A stretch of DNA of 64,000 nucleotides from Poseidonia sp. (GTDB lineage: Archaea; Thermoplasmatota; Poseidoniia; Poseidoniales; Poseidoniaceae), in assembly GCA_965661285.1 (NCBI GenBank), contig CBFIDD010000002.1, positions 1 through 64,000 of the forward strand. The letters run 5' to 3'. This document shows, piece by piece, positions 38,801 to 49,100 of the stretch. Both the position numbers and the translations under genes were made by a program. Within the stretch, counting starts at the first letter, position 1. Each line of letters opens with the position of its first letter. The notes beneath the pieces were generated by a model, which worked only from the letters and a program-made list of their open reading frames with translations, was not told the DNA's origin and searched no databases.

Positions 38801-38843
38801 GATGGACGCCGCTTTGGTTGAGGATGTGGTCGACGCGTGGTAA
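35805..38843 (+). CDS. MMPL/RND-family transporter
   Basis: Two repeats of 1 TM + large extracellular loop + 5 TM; LGVSYGLHITNRY and VGVDFSIHIANR; STGRAVFLSAVTTVIGF. Confidence 0.88.
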   Translation: MASVDDASKTQPPQDTGATSVGNRRLNAITEKSRAVRNQLTGQMKAIDSKRTLDAVLEAPKRFKREWQKTGATGAITKFPIPTILVFLLLTVYFVSQSGFLDGTQFDDDPDNPALNVNGDLEVYLPDGSRVAELIGKVEEDWSTNVMVVYIESDKNNITDQRILQEISYVENILNPYLSDDSDDVIYILSLSTVLKEVNSSAPRIREAVITEVGELGCSNNPEDNCPSREFAKEMNDAFALTDDQFGGSYEIPSQTTIDLVVGEMYSDEGQPSAGMNKLARDIEGGEDGGPDGLLDRAIMAIAVTEDRPAKDIIADTQEVLDTIASMERACLYDANGNPVESEGMCTWEDLGISMVLTGPVPITNAVTEFSFKLFWDIFPKAVVLVALGLFVFHSDLLQAGLTGIRPLQGFKVIVIAGLPTLCAVFWTLGLIGATNYEVTMTVIIVGPILLALGVSYGLHITNRYAEEEGTKSEKMRASLSSTGRAVFLSAVTTVIGFISLVFTPMAPIQTVGIALSGGIVIVYFLTMFMVPNLTLILDLKKPKHPPLKAFDVLVDVPVKRNKGVIGVFVLMILLSATIGQANVEENIDLLGMAPEGESPVVKMKQYSREFEAGQVGMILVNANVSGDFNDEDNSNDDPVEILQKIDNLEASLNTVENTTAVSVVFLMKASGVQITVSGEGLNELFQLIPCAGNEQCEDVKTTANVLLNQSQALDGSFWDLLNDPDAFGLPGSQQSQIFLLDVFYASLTKETREIFVSEDFSRSLIYVDMPFIPVADTAKSVDSVNDKAATFQGRYGESAEELTGVAATAIEVNELIVGSQWTSLGFAIILTLITLAIVFRDIRYSIWTTSPVIATVALQWLVMWRMDVPLSLVTVMIGSILVGVGVDFSIHIANRIRELGGGIQAIRSAAVGTGMSLFEAAVVTSLGMFTAYDIPIPEITPFITVILILLWVAAASALILLPAIFITLEKMGIGAVSGGNNMAKKLGLIRANTAAEDVMDAALVEDVVDAW

Positions 38844-38881
38844 GCGTTGAGTCCATAGACCCCTTTCGTCTCCCCACAACC

Positions 38882-39352
38882 ATGAACCACTGGTTGATGA
38901 AATCCGAGCTGGATGTTTACCCATATTCTCAACTTGTTGATGACGGTTGGACACACTGGGACGGGGTGCGAAATTATCAGGCACGTAACATGATGCGAGA
39001 CGACATGAAGGTCGGCGATCTTGTTCTGTTCTACCACTCCAACACCAAACCGCCTCACGTTGCGGGTGTTGCGAGGGTCCGACGTGAGGGCTATGGCGAT
39101 TTTACGTCGTGGGATACCACAAGCAAGTATCATGATGAGAAATCGACCTCAGAGAATCCTCGTTGGTTTATGGTTGACATTGAACCGGTACGGGAACTGA
39201 CCATGGTCCCCCTTCAGGACATGAAAGAAAATCCGAATCTGGATGGCATGCCGCTTTTGCGACGAGGGCAACGCCTCTCGGTGCAACCGGTGAGCGAGGA
39301 GCATTTTGCTGAAGTTCTACGAATGGCTGGCGTTGATGCATCGACATTGTGA
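38882..39352 (+). CDS. EVE domain protein
   Basis: WLMKSE, WDGVRNYQARN, MKVGD.VLFYHS, NPRWFMVD, RLSVQPV. Confidence 0.93.
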   Translation: MNHWLMKSELDVYPYSQLVDDGWTHWDGVRNYQARNMMRDDMKVGDLVLFYHSNTKPPHVAGVARVRREGYGDFTSWDTTSKYHDEKSTSENPRWFMVDIEPVRELTMVPLQDMKENPNLDGMPLLRRGQRLSVQPVSEEHFAEVLRMAGVDASTL

Positions 39353-39365
39353 ATGAGGTGCTTGA

Positions 39366-40592
39366 ATGACCAATCCCGTCCCGGTGTCTTCTCGAGCGGC
39401 CAACATTGAGTACGCCATACGGGATGTTGTCGTGCCGGCTGTTGAACTTGAGGCACAGGGTCACAACATCATCAAACTGAACATCGGCGACCCTATTGCC
39501 TATCCTGGTTTGCCGACCCCGCCCCACATGGTTGATGCTTACGTTCAGGCCTTGAAGAGCGGCCATAACGGGTATTCACCGTCCTATGGATTGCCTCAAC
39601 TCCGTCAGGCCATTGCCGAGGATGAGCGCCGGAAAGGGTGGGATGCGACGCCCGACGATATCTATGTCTGCCACGGCGTCACAGAAGCCCTACAACTCCT
39701 CTTCGCTGCCGTGCTTGAGGAGGGCTCCAAAGTATTGGCTCCAGGCCCCCACTATCCGCCGTACATGGCCTATCCTCAAATGTACGGAGGTGAGACCGTT
39801 GAATACAAACTTCAGCAAAAGGACGGCTGGAAACCGGATTTTTCCGACATCGCCTCAAAGATGGACGATGATGTTCGTTTGTTGGTCCTCATCAATCCCA
39901 ACAATCCTTGCGGGACGGTGTGTGGCCCTGAGGATGTGGACGCCCTCTTGACCATCGCCAGCGAGTATCCAAACTGTATCGTCGTCGCTGATGAGATCTA
40001 CGACGGTCTTGACTTCACGGGCCGGCATGTCTCGGTTGCGAGCCGGAGTTCTGAGGTTCCAGTGATTGCGCTCAACGGTGTATCGAAGGTCTACTATGCC
40101 CCCGGGTGGCGTATTGGATACATGGCGCTCCACGATCCAGCGGGGAGACTCGGTCTGGTCAGGGACGGGCTTGAACGATTACTTCGCTCTCGATTGTGTG
40201 CTTCAACACCTGCCCAGCTGGGGTATCTAGCAGGTTTGAACGGGGACCGGTCGTGGATGGAAACCTACGCTCGGAAAGTGAAGAACCAACGCGACCACTG
40301 TATGAAGCGAATTTCCCAGATCGATGGATTGGAAGTGGAGCAACCCGGTGGAGCTTTCTACATGTTCATCCGGTTGACGGACAACCAGTGGGCTTCGGAC
40401 GACAAAGCGTTTGTCTTGCGCTTGCTTCACGAGGAGCATGTTTTGTTGGTTCACGGCAGTGGTTTCTCACCAGAATTGGGCCGGGGCCATGTTCGTTTGG
40501 TCTATCTTGCCGATGTTGACGTGCTCGACGAAGCCTTCGACCGCATGGATCGGTTTTTGCGAAAGCACCGTTTGAACGGGGCAGTGTCGTAG
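39366..40592 (+). CDS. class I/II PLP aminotransferase (alanine aminotransferase-like)
   Basis: IEYAIRD, KLNIGDP, GYSPSYG, INPNNP, DEIYD, SKVY.APGWRIG, GAFY. Confidence 0.9.
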   Translation: MTNPVPVSSRAANIEYAIRDVVVPAVELEAQGHNIIKLNIGDPIAYPGLPTPPHMVDAYVQALKSGHNGYSPSYGLPQLRQAIAEDERRKGWDATPDDIYVCHGVTEALQLLFAAVLEEGSKVLAPGPHYPPYMAYPQMYGGETVEYKLQQKDGWKPDFSDIASKMDDDVRLLVLINPNNPCGTVCGPEDVDALLTIASEYPNCIVVADEIYDGLDFTGRHVSVASRSSEVPVIALNGVSKVYYAPGWRIGYMALHDPAGRLGLVRDGLERLLRSRLCASTPAQLGYLAGLNGDRSWMETYARKVKNQRDHCMKRISQIDGLEVEQPGGAFYMFIRLTDNQWASDDKAFVLRLLHEEHVLLVHGSGFSPELGRGHVRLVYLADVDVLDEAFDRMDRFLRKHRLNGAVS

Positions 40593-40627
40593 GAGATTTC
40601 ATGAATCCTTGTTGCGAGGGTTGGTCC

Positions 40628-43624
40628 ATGAGCCGCCTTTCATGGCTTGCACTCACAGGTGTTTTGGGGGTGGTGAACCTTGCCACTGCCTCGGCCGCCA
40701 CGGTGTCGACATCGTCCGGTTTCACGACGTCGATGCTCGTGCCCTTGCTGAGTGCGCTCCTGATCGCCTTCTTTGTACGGCGGTGGTTCATCCCTCAGCA
40801 GTTGAAAAATTTGCAGGTCGCCTTTGAAATTGACGATGACCTCTACGAAGTTCATCGACTCACACGGACGCTGCGAGACTCGAGACGCTTGTTGAACACC
40901 GGTCGAGTTGGCTACGGTGTTCTGTTGTACATGATGGGGCTCACCGGCGTCCTCATTCTCATCGCAGAACTGTTGTTTGACGCCGCCGTATTTTCGCAAT
41001 TTAACCTCTACATTGTTGCGGTTTTGATCCTGATTCCCGTGGTCATTTCACCCTGGGAAACGCTGAACAGTCAACTTTCAGGTCGGAATAGAGAAGTGCG
41101 GTCTTCACTGACTGCAGATCTAATTCGGCGCCTCTTTACCTTGGCGTTCTTGGGCATTACGACCGTCCTGGTCTTGGCATATGGATATCGACTCAACGGC
41201 ACCCTCACGCCGACGTGGATTGCCTTTGCCATGTTGACCTTTATGTCCCCCACCATCTTCGCCTACGGTCGTATCATGGGCGCCTCTTGGAACATGCTTT
41301 TGATCAATAAATGGCGCACCGCCCGTGGGAGGAAAAATCCAATCGATCCGGATAAGAACGGATTTATCGGGCGATTGTTTTCCTTCCTCCTCGTTCTCTT
41401 CCTCATGACCATGCCCATCACGGCGTTGAACGGCATTTTGACCGTTGTCTACGTCATGATCAACAATCCTCCCAATGCGGAAGAAGTTCTCAATTACGGC
41501 GGAATTATCGGATATTCGCTCTTTTTGCGGATTGATGCGATATCAGAATTTCTCTTTCACTGGGAGTTCATCAAATCGCTCCCGCAATTCCTTTCCCTTT
41601 ATCTTACAATGAACATTGCCATCGTTGGATTAGCGTTCATTTTCGAACTGACGCGCAACTTGATTCTCGGTGGACAATCCTTCGGCGGAATGTTCGGTGT
41701 TACGCTTGATACGCCCCGTGAAATACGGGCAGAAAAAAATGCGCAAGCGCGTCAACTCACCTTTGCTTTTGCCGGATTTTCGGGATACACCGTCTTGCTT
41801 TTGATCTTGGTATGTTACAAAGAATTTGGTGGGCTCATGCCCCTCACCGCAACGCTCGAAGCCAATGATTTCGATGAAGGCATGCGTCTGTTGACCGTTT
41901 GGCTCTTTATTGCCGTTGGCCAATTGGTTTTCTTGATGACCTGGCTCGTCTCCATCAGCCGCTTTGGCCACCTAAAAAATCTCCGATTTGACTTGAATCC
42001 CGACGAGCGCCGTGAAGGTGCTGTCCGTCTCGCGGGTGGAGACAAACTCCAAAATCTTGTGGAAAACGCTGCCTTCAACGAGGATTTGGACATGCTCTTA
42101 CGCATCCAAACACACGATTTCCCGGGTGATCAAGCCCTCATTCGGCAAGAGCAATCACGTGCATCCATGTGGGAGAAAGCCCTGCGTGGACTTTGGCCTC
42201 AGGCCATTGAGGAGAGTCGCAAACTCTTGGCGCAGACGGGTGGAGATAACGATGAGGCGAGGATGATCATCGCCACGGGCTACATGGCACTGCGTCGCCT
42301 TGATGCCGCACGGGAAGCCCTTCACGGTCTGCAACAACCCGAGGGCTACGACGAACCTGAAATTTTGTCATTTATTTGTGAATGGCTTGACCCCTGGAAC
42401 GGTTCGGTGTCTGAGGATGACTTGTGGGATTGGGAAAACAATTCGGCCATCGATCATCTGCAAGTCCTCCAAAACATGATGCGAACTTGGAAGCCCCGGC
42501 CCAAGGAAATGATGGTGCACAACGACAAACTCTCTCAAACGGGCCAACTTTCAATGGTGGCCTTGTTGAGGGCTCAGCGTCGATACGATGAAGCGCTTGA
42601 ACTTGCGTTGTCATTGGTCCGCTCGGATCCCATAGGTGTCCGCCCGCGGGTTGCCGTGGCTCTCTGCCTCATTGATACGGGGCAGTGGCACGATGCGAAA
42701 ACGATTCTTGACGAACTCATGAAAAGCGATGGCAAAGACCCTAGGGTTCTCGCCTTGGCCGTCATCTTTGGATACGGCACAAAAGGCCGGGAGCACATGG
42801 AAGTCTCCTTGGTTTTTGATGATGCCAAGGATACGAAAAAATGGATGGATGCTGCCCCCGTGAATGCCTATGCTGCACTTCTCCAGAACGGTGGATTGGA
42901 CGAGGCTATGAATGCCAACGTCATGATTGCAGCCCATGAAGCAACACGTCGAGCGATGCCGCCGAGGTTTTCTGCTGGTATTCTCTCCAACATTTTCCAG
43001 TACCTTGTGCTCATTCCAATGTGGTTTGTTATCGGAATTCTTACCTTTCAGGAAGTGGGTCAAACAGAGGGGTTGTCGGTATTGGGTGGGCTTCTCTTCC
43101 TGCACTTTTCATACCGCCGCATCATGCGGCAACAGGAACATCAAATCAAACATCGAGATCAGCGTGGAATGATCAAATATGCACGACGACTTCGCAGATT
43201 CAAAGCGACTCCAGACGCCAGCAACATCCCCATTGGGAATCATTTGCTTCTCGGGGGCATCTTGGTCACTGTCAACGGCGTCGTTCTGGACATTGGCTTC
43301 CCCGCATGGCTTTTTGAACGGCTTCCAAAAGAGTCGGACAAAAAAATCCGAAGCAAACTTCGTCGGCGTAGCCTGCGTTTGGAAAAGGGACGCACGCCTC
43401 GGGTATCTACGCTTGGCAAAGCATGGTGGTTAAAGCGACCCAAAGAACATGCAGAGTCCGGTCCCATGCTTGAACGAACCATCGGTCCCGTGGCTTATCG
43501 CGGCCGGACCAATTACATCCGAAAGAAAGAGGCCCAATCGCTCAACGACGCAGCACAAGGGAAAGAGACACCGCTGCAAAAGCGGTTTATCCCTCGCAAC
43601 ACCATTCGAAGCGAGCGGTCCTGA
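40628..43624 (+). CDS. large membrane protein with TPR-like cytoplasmic region
   Basis: About 10 N-terminal TM helices, a helical region with TPR-like segments (RRYDEALELA, TGQWHDAK), two more TMs and a basic tail. Confidence 0.75.
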   Translation: MSRLSWLALTGVLGVVNLATASAATVSTSSGFTTSMLVPLLSALLIAFFVRRWFIPQQLKNLQVAFEIDDDLYEVHRLTRTLRDSRRLLNTGRVGYGVLLYMMGLTGVLILIAELLFDAAVFSQFNLYIVAVLILIPVVISPWETLNSQLSGRNREVRSSLTADLIRRLFTLAFLGITTVLVLAYGYRLNGTLTPTWIAFAMLTFMSPTIFAYGRIMGASWNMLLINKWRTARGRKNPIDPDKNGFIGRLFSFLLVLFLMTMPITALNGILTVVYVMINNPPNAEEVLNYGGIIGYSLFLRIDAISEFLFHWEFIKSLPQFLSLYLTMNIAIVGLAFIFELTRNLILGGQSFGGMFGVTLDTPREIRAEKNAQARQLTFAFAGFSGYTVLLLILVCYKEFGGLMPLTATLEANDFDEGMRLLTVWLFIAVGQLVFLMTWLVSISRFGHLKNLRFDLNPDERREGAVRLAGGDKLQNLVENAAFNEDLDMLLRIQTHDFPGDQALIRQEQSRASMWEKALRGLWPQAIEESRKLLAQTGGDNDEARMIIATGYMALRRLDAAREALHGLQQPEGYDEPEILSFICEWLDPWNGSVSEDDLWDWENNSAIDHLQVLQNMMRTWKPRPKEMMVHNDKLSQTGQLSMVALLRAQRRYDEALELALSLVRSDPIGVRPRVAVALCLIDTGQWHDAKTILDELMKSDGKDPRVLALAVIFGYGTKGREHMEVSLVFDDAKDTKKWMDAAPVNAYAALLQNGGLDEAMNANVMIAAHEATRRAMPPRFSAGILSNIFQYLVLIPMWFVIGILTFQEVGQTEGLSVLGGLLFLHFSYRRIMRQQEHQIKHRDQRGMIKYARRLRRFKATPDASNIPIGNHLLLGGILVTVNGVVLDIGFPAWLFERLPKESDKKIRSKLRRRSLRLEKGRTPRVSTLGKAWWLKRPKEHAESGPMLERTIGPVAYRGRTNYIRKKEAQSLNDAAQGKETPLQKRFIPRNTIRSERS

Positions 43625-43687
43625 GCCTACGCTTTCTCTTCTGGTCGTTGACGAGAGTTCAAGGACTGCCACCCGGATAACTACCCC

Positions 43688-45001
43688 ATGAGCAACACAC
43701 CCGGTGCTTGGAGTGCATCCGAACAGAACCTGCGTTTGGCTGAGGAAATCAGTAAAGCCGTTGATGCAAGTGGGGCACTGTACCGTCATGGACTGGGGAT
43801 GATCGCCTCCGAGAACATCATCTCGCCCGCTGTGAGCGACATCGTCGGAAGTGACTTGCACGGGCGATATGCCGAGGGGTTGCCCGGTAAGCGCTACTAC
43901 CAAGGTTGCGAGGATTTCGATACCATTGAGGCCCTCGGGATTGAACTGGCACAGGAGGTTTTCCAAGCTTCGTTCGCGAACATCCAGTCGGTCTCAGGCA
44001 CGGTTTCCAACATCGCAGCGCTCAAGGTGCTCGCGAAACCGGGTGACGACATCACCGCAGTGTCAACAGCCGACGGAGGCCACATCTCCCATGCACGCAT
44101 GGGCGCCGTTGGCTTGCGGGACCTCAATCTCACGACCTACCCCTGGAACGAGGAACGAATGGAACCCGACATTGACGCTGCGTGCAAGACCATTCGTGAG
44201 GTTCAACCCAAGGTTGCGCTTTTTGGCCAGTCGGTGTTTCTCTTCCCCACGCCACTTGAAGAAATGGCTGCCGCTGCCAAAGAGGTCGGTGCATCGGTCA
44301 TGTACGATGGAGCACATGTGTTGGGCCTCATCGCTGGAGGCCAATTCCAAGACCCTCTTCGAGAAGGGGCGGATTTGATGACCGGTTCAAGTCACAAAAC
44401 CTTCCCGGGGCCACAAGGCGGTTTTCTGCTTTCATCTTCGGAGGACCCTGCTTTCCAACGCCGCCTGAACACGGCGATGTTCCCCGGCGTGTGTTCATCC
44501 TACCACCTTCATCACGTCGCAGGTAAGGTGATGGCACTTGCTGAGTTCAAGGAATACGGCGAGGCCTATGCCCGTGATACGGTCGCCAATGCACAGGCCT
44601 TCGCTGGAGCACTCGCAAGCGAGGGCTTTGATGTGCTGGCGGAAAGTCGAGGCTACACTGCTTCCCATCAGGTGCTCACACGCCACGGTGAACTCGATTC
44701 GGGAGCCGGTGCGAAAGCTGCGAAGCGGTTGGAGGACGCAGGCATCATCACCAACATGAACATGCTCCCAGGTGACACCAAGGCCCTCGCACCCTCCGGT
44801 CTTCGTTTGGGTGTTCAGGAACTAACGCGTGTTGGCTTCACCCGAGACGACATGGAAGAAGTCGCTCGCATGTACGCCCGGGTCTTGCTCCACGACGAGG
44901 ACCCTAGCACCGTGAAAAACGATGTCAAAGCCCTCAAAGCCAATCATCAAACAATCCGTTATTGTTTCAACCAAGATGGAAGGTCAGGCTACCCGGAGTA
45001 G
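43688..45001 (+). CDS. glyA: serine hydroxymethyltransferase
   Basis: MIASEN, RYAEGLPGKRYYQG, GGHISH, YDGAHVLGL, SSHKTFPGPQGG, SGLRLG. Confidence 0.95.
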   Translation: MSNTPGAWSASEQNLRLAEEISKAVDASGALYRHGLGMIASENIISPAVSDIVGSDLHGRYAEGLPGKRYYQGCEDFDTIEALGIELAQEVFQASFANIQSVSGTVSNIAALKVLAKPGDDITAVSTADGGHISHARMGAVGLRDLNLTTYPWNEERMEPDIDAACKTIREVQPKVALFGQSVFLFPTPLEEMAAAAKEVGASVMYDGAHVLGLIAGGQFQDPLREGADLMTGSSHKTFPGPQGGFLLSSSEDPAFQRRLNTAMFPGVCSSYHLHHVAGKVMALAEFKEYGEAYARDTVANAQAFAGALASEGFDVLAESRGYTASHQVLTRHGELDSGAGAKAAKRLEDAGIITNMNMLPGDTKALAPSGLRLGVQELTRVGFTRDDMEEVARMYARVLLHDEDPSTVKNDVKALKANHQTIRYCFNQDGRSGYPE

Positions 45002-45013
45002 GCAGGGGACAGG

Positions 45014-46045
45014 ATGGCAGCCACCCACAACGCAGACCACGCTTCGTTTATGTTGGGTGCGAACGGTGTTTTTCTTGACGCCTTCGGCGATCGATGCGTC
45101 TTGATTGGAAGCATTGAATTCACGGAATTTTGTCATCGATTGGACGCCATGTTTGAGGCACCCCTGGGTCGTAAATTGATTTACGCCGCCACCGATGCTG
45201 AGGAACGTCTCCTTTCGCACCACCCATCTGCGAAATTTGGACGCTGGTTCGGAAAATCAAACGTAAAGTCTCGCCTTCGCCAACGGGCCGCTGACATGGG
45301 GTGGGGGTTGTTTGGTGATGGGCAGATTATCGGCCCGGTGCATGATGCCATGACGGTTGGTTTTTCCCTCGCACATCACGAGCACATGAACCAAGAAAGG
45401 GCCACCATCGAATGGAAGCAAGCCACTTCTGAACTCATTCACCTCGTTTATTCCCATAAAGCCGAATTTCTGGAGATCGTATCTCCTCCACGCCGACTCC
45501 CATGGTTTGGCGAACTTCATGCATCGTCCCCAACACGGACGTTCACGACCGATTTTGACCATCGAGTGTACGGTTTTTTCCACGGTGAGGAACGTTCATT
45601 CTTTCTCTCTGTTCAGGTCTTTTTGTACATGTTTGAATCCATTCTTGGACGACCGCTTTCGCAAGATTTGGTGCCATCATTTTCCCTCGAAGTTCATGGT
45701 GTTTCAGAGCATGAACAGACGTTTCGAACCCTTGTCCACGCTGCTTGTGCAGCCTTTGAGCAAAACAACCGACCGGTGTACGTTCAAACCAAAGAGGACT
45801 GGGGTGGCCATTTGGACAAATTCTTCACCGAGCGGGGTTTTGGTCGGGTGCTTGTGCAGGAAAGCATTCTCGATGGTGTACCTCGTTCGATATTCACCGT
45901 GCATTCACCCATCACTCCGTACAGCGTTGGGGTCCTCGTTGGCATGTGGCAGCGCGCCCACGGAACGCTCGGTGATGTCGAGGTCACGCTGGACGGTGAA
46001 AAGTGCAGCGTTAGCCTCTCACCGCGCCGAGTGGATTACGTCTGA
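45014..46045 (+). CDS. hypothetical protein, possibly tandem V4R-like domains
   Basis: Two similar halves with (M/R)G(W/F)G motifs (AADMGWG; TERGFG) and GVLVGMW. Confidence 0.65.
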   Translation: MAATHNADHASFMLGANGVFLDAFGDRCVLIGSIEFTEFCHRLDAMFEAPLGRKLIYAATDAEERLLSHHPSAKFGRWFGKSNVKSRLRQRAADMGWGLFGDGQIIGPVHDAMTVGFSLAHHEHMNQERATIEWKQATSELIHLVYSHKAEFLEIVSPPRRLPWFGELHASSPTRTFTTDFDHRVYGFFHGEERSFFLSVQVFLYMFESILGRPLSQDLVPSFSLEVHGVSEHEQTFRTLVHAACAAFEQNNRPVYVQTKEDWGGHLDKFFTERGFGRVLVQESILDGVPRSIFTVHSPITPYSVGVLVGMWQRAHGTLGDVEVTLDGEKCSVSLSPRRVDYV

Positions 46046-46156
46046 ACGAGCCATACATTCGGGCTCGTGCGTCGTATTTTTCTGCTCAACTGTGGTCAAG
46101 GTTCATAACCGAATCAACGCCTCGGTTGGCTTGCACAGCGGTGCCGGGTGTTACAC

Positions 46157-49100
46157 ATGAGTCTTAACCACAACCAAATGGCGTATGTAGCCATCGTTTC
46201 GACCTTGATTTTTGGGTCCCTTTTCGTAGGTGTCTCCGGCTTCTTCCAAACCAATGAAGATATTGGAGGTTTTGAGAGCGCTGTTGAAGAAGATATTCGT
46301 GGTGAATCCGAGCTGACGGCTGCCGCCCTTGACACCGACGGCGATGGTCTTTCTGACAAACTCGAAGAAACCCAATACGGTACGGATGTCAATGACCCCG
46401 ATACCGATAATGACGGGATGAGCGACGGCTGGGAAGTGCAGCACGGGCTCAATCCCCTGGACAACGGAGAATCAGAAGATTTGGAAGTTGACCCCACACA
46501 AAATCAAGATTCCAGTGACGCACAAGTTGAGAACGAAACCGATTCGTGGCCTGACCCCAGTCAAGGCCCAACAGGGGACCCCGACCGAGACGGCTTGACC
46601 AATCAGGCTGAGCAGGAACTCGGGACCGACCCACAACGGGCAGACACCGACAACGACGGATTGAACGACCGCTGGGAATCGCTCTACACCACCAGCGTCC
46701 AAACCCCCGGTGGAGAGGTTGTTCTCTTCAATCCACTCGACGGAAATTGGGACTGTTTGCTTCTCGACCAGGCCATGGTGGATGCACTTGAAACCCGCTT
46801 CAATGGCGAAAACGGCATGGCGGAATGGGACGATTTGGCTTCAAACGGCCAGCATTCCTGCGACATGGTGCTGGATACGGATGATGACGGCCTCGCAAAT
46901 TTTGAGGAGGAGATCTTCGGTACGAATCCCACCGCCCGAGATTCAGACATGGATTTGATTGACGATATCGTCGAGGTTGCCAACGAGAGCCTTGCCCTCT
47001 ATGCTGGTTTGGGTGAAAACTGCAACGAACCCCTTCTCAATCCACTCCCGCACATCGGTCCGTTCTACGGTGTTGAGCGCAATTGGTTCATGATGGACAT
47101 GGACGGCGATGGCCTCCTCAACGGTCCCTCCGACTGGGACACCGACGGTGATGGCATGCCCGATGGTTTCGAATTCTGCTATTCAGATGTATCCATGGCG
47201 CCCAATGCCGCCTACGTGTTGAATCCCGCTAACGCCTCCGACGGGTACGGCGACTGGGATGAAGATGGAATGAACAACCTTGAGGAGTATCAGGTCGCCC
47301 AACTCTTCGGAGAGGGCAATTTCACTTCGCCTTGGCTAGAGGACACCGATCAGGATGAAATGCCTGACCAATGGGAGGCTGCCAACGGACTCCACCCTCG
47401 CTCAGCGCTCAATCGGGATCAAGACCCTGATATGGACGGATATGACCTCGACGCCGACGGCGATGTCATGTACAGCGAGCTTGAGAACACCGCCATCGTT
47501 CACACCGTGGACGTCGCTCTCGGTCAGCAGGTTTCTGCAAACCAGCAGGTGGCCTCGGCCCGTATTACCCTCGCTGGTGGCAACCAACAGGTCGTCCCTC
47601 TGCGAGCACCCGTTGACGGCTATGTGTACGAACTCAACGTCGTGCTCGGTCAGAGCATTGAATCTCGATTGTTCAGTTGGATGAATATCGTCGAGGAAGA
47701 AGAACGGTTCACCAACGTTATGGAATACAAAGCCAACGACCGAGACCAAGACGGAATTCTCGATGGCCGAAGCACCAACCCGTTGAACGCCGATACCGAT
47801 TCGGACGGCCTCATCGACGGCATTGAGGTCATGGGTTGGGAAATCTTGGTCGTGAATCGTGGCGTTCAACCCACGTGGGTCACCTCCGACCCGGGTCTGT
47901 ACGATACCGATGCTGACGGGCTTTCCGACTTCGAAGAATTCTCGTCAACGTGCAATCTTGGGGGCTCGAATGCCTCCAATCCCGATACCGATTCGGACGG
48001 CTTGACCGATTTGGAAGAAGCCGGTGACAACTTCATGTGGGAAGGAGAAACCTACTCGACCAGCCCTTGTATGTTCGATACGGACAACGATGGCCTTGAA
48101 GATGGCGAGGAAGTCATCGCTGGTGCTGACAACTTCTTGACCCACGCCAACAACTCTGACACGGACGATGACGGACTCATCGACGGGCAAGAAGTGCTCT
48201 TCGTTCCACGGCCGTTCCAAAACCCAACCAACCCGCTCCTCAATGATACGGATGCTGATGGCATGCTCGATGGTTGGGAGATGCAGGTCAAGTCTGCAGA
48301 AGACAACACCAACACCCACAGTCTCTGGGTCGTCACCTCCACGTGGGAACGACCGGGCTGTGAATCCACCCAAACGAACTCATGTACGATGCAACCCGGT
48401 GGCTATGTTTGGTTGAATTGGCTCGGTGGGTTTGAACTTGAACCGAAATTCCAGGTCAGCGAAATGAACCTGACGGGTTTCCAAATGCCATCCAGCGCAC
48501 TCTGCGATGGATGTAACGGCCGATGGGCCCTGGACCCTTCGCTGAGTTCCTTGAAGGATGATACCTTTGACATTGATAACGACACGCTGCCCAACGGCAT
48601 GGAAGCACCCGACCGATGGGACACCAATCCTGTTGACGATGACACAGACGGTGACCTCCTACCGGACGGATGGGAGGTGTACTACTCGCAACTCGCCTTT
48701 GAGATTGGCTTGGCCGACAACGAAACCGTTGGTGTTTACGGCGCTCGTGGTGTTATGGACCCAGCCATGCCCGACAGTGATTTGGATGGCATTGAGGACG
48801 GATATGAAGACCCAGACAACGATGGTCTCAACCGAACCGGTTTGATCAAGCGGTATTGTCCGGGTTACAATGACAGCACCAATTCGGAGTGCAACATTGA
48901 CCCGAACACACCAGATGGAGAACGGTTCTATGACAATCTCGAGAATTACACGAACTTCGAGGAGATGCAGAACGGAACCAACCCCATCACGAACGATACT
49001 GACGGTGACGACTGGAACGACGGTCCCGAGGTCTACTACCAGGACCACGACGACGATGGCATGGCAACCGGTTGGGAATATCATTTCCAATTCGATCCGT

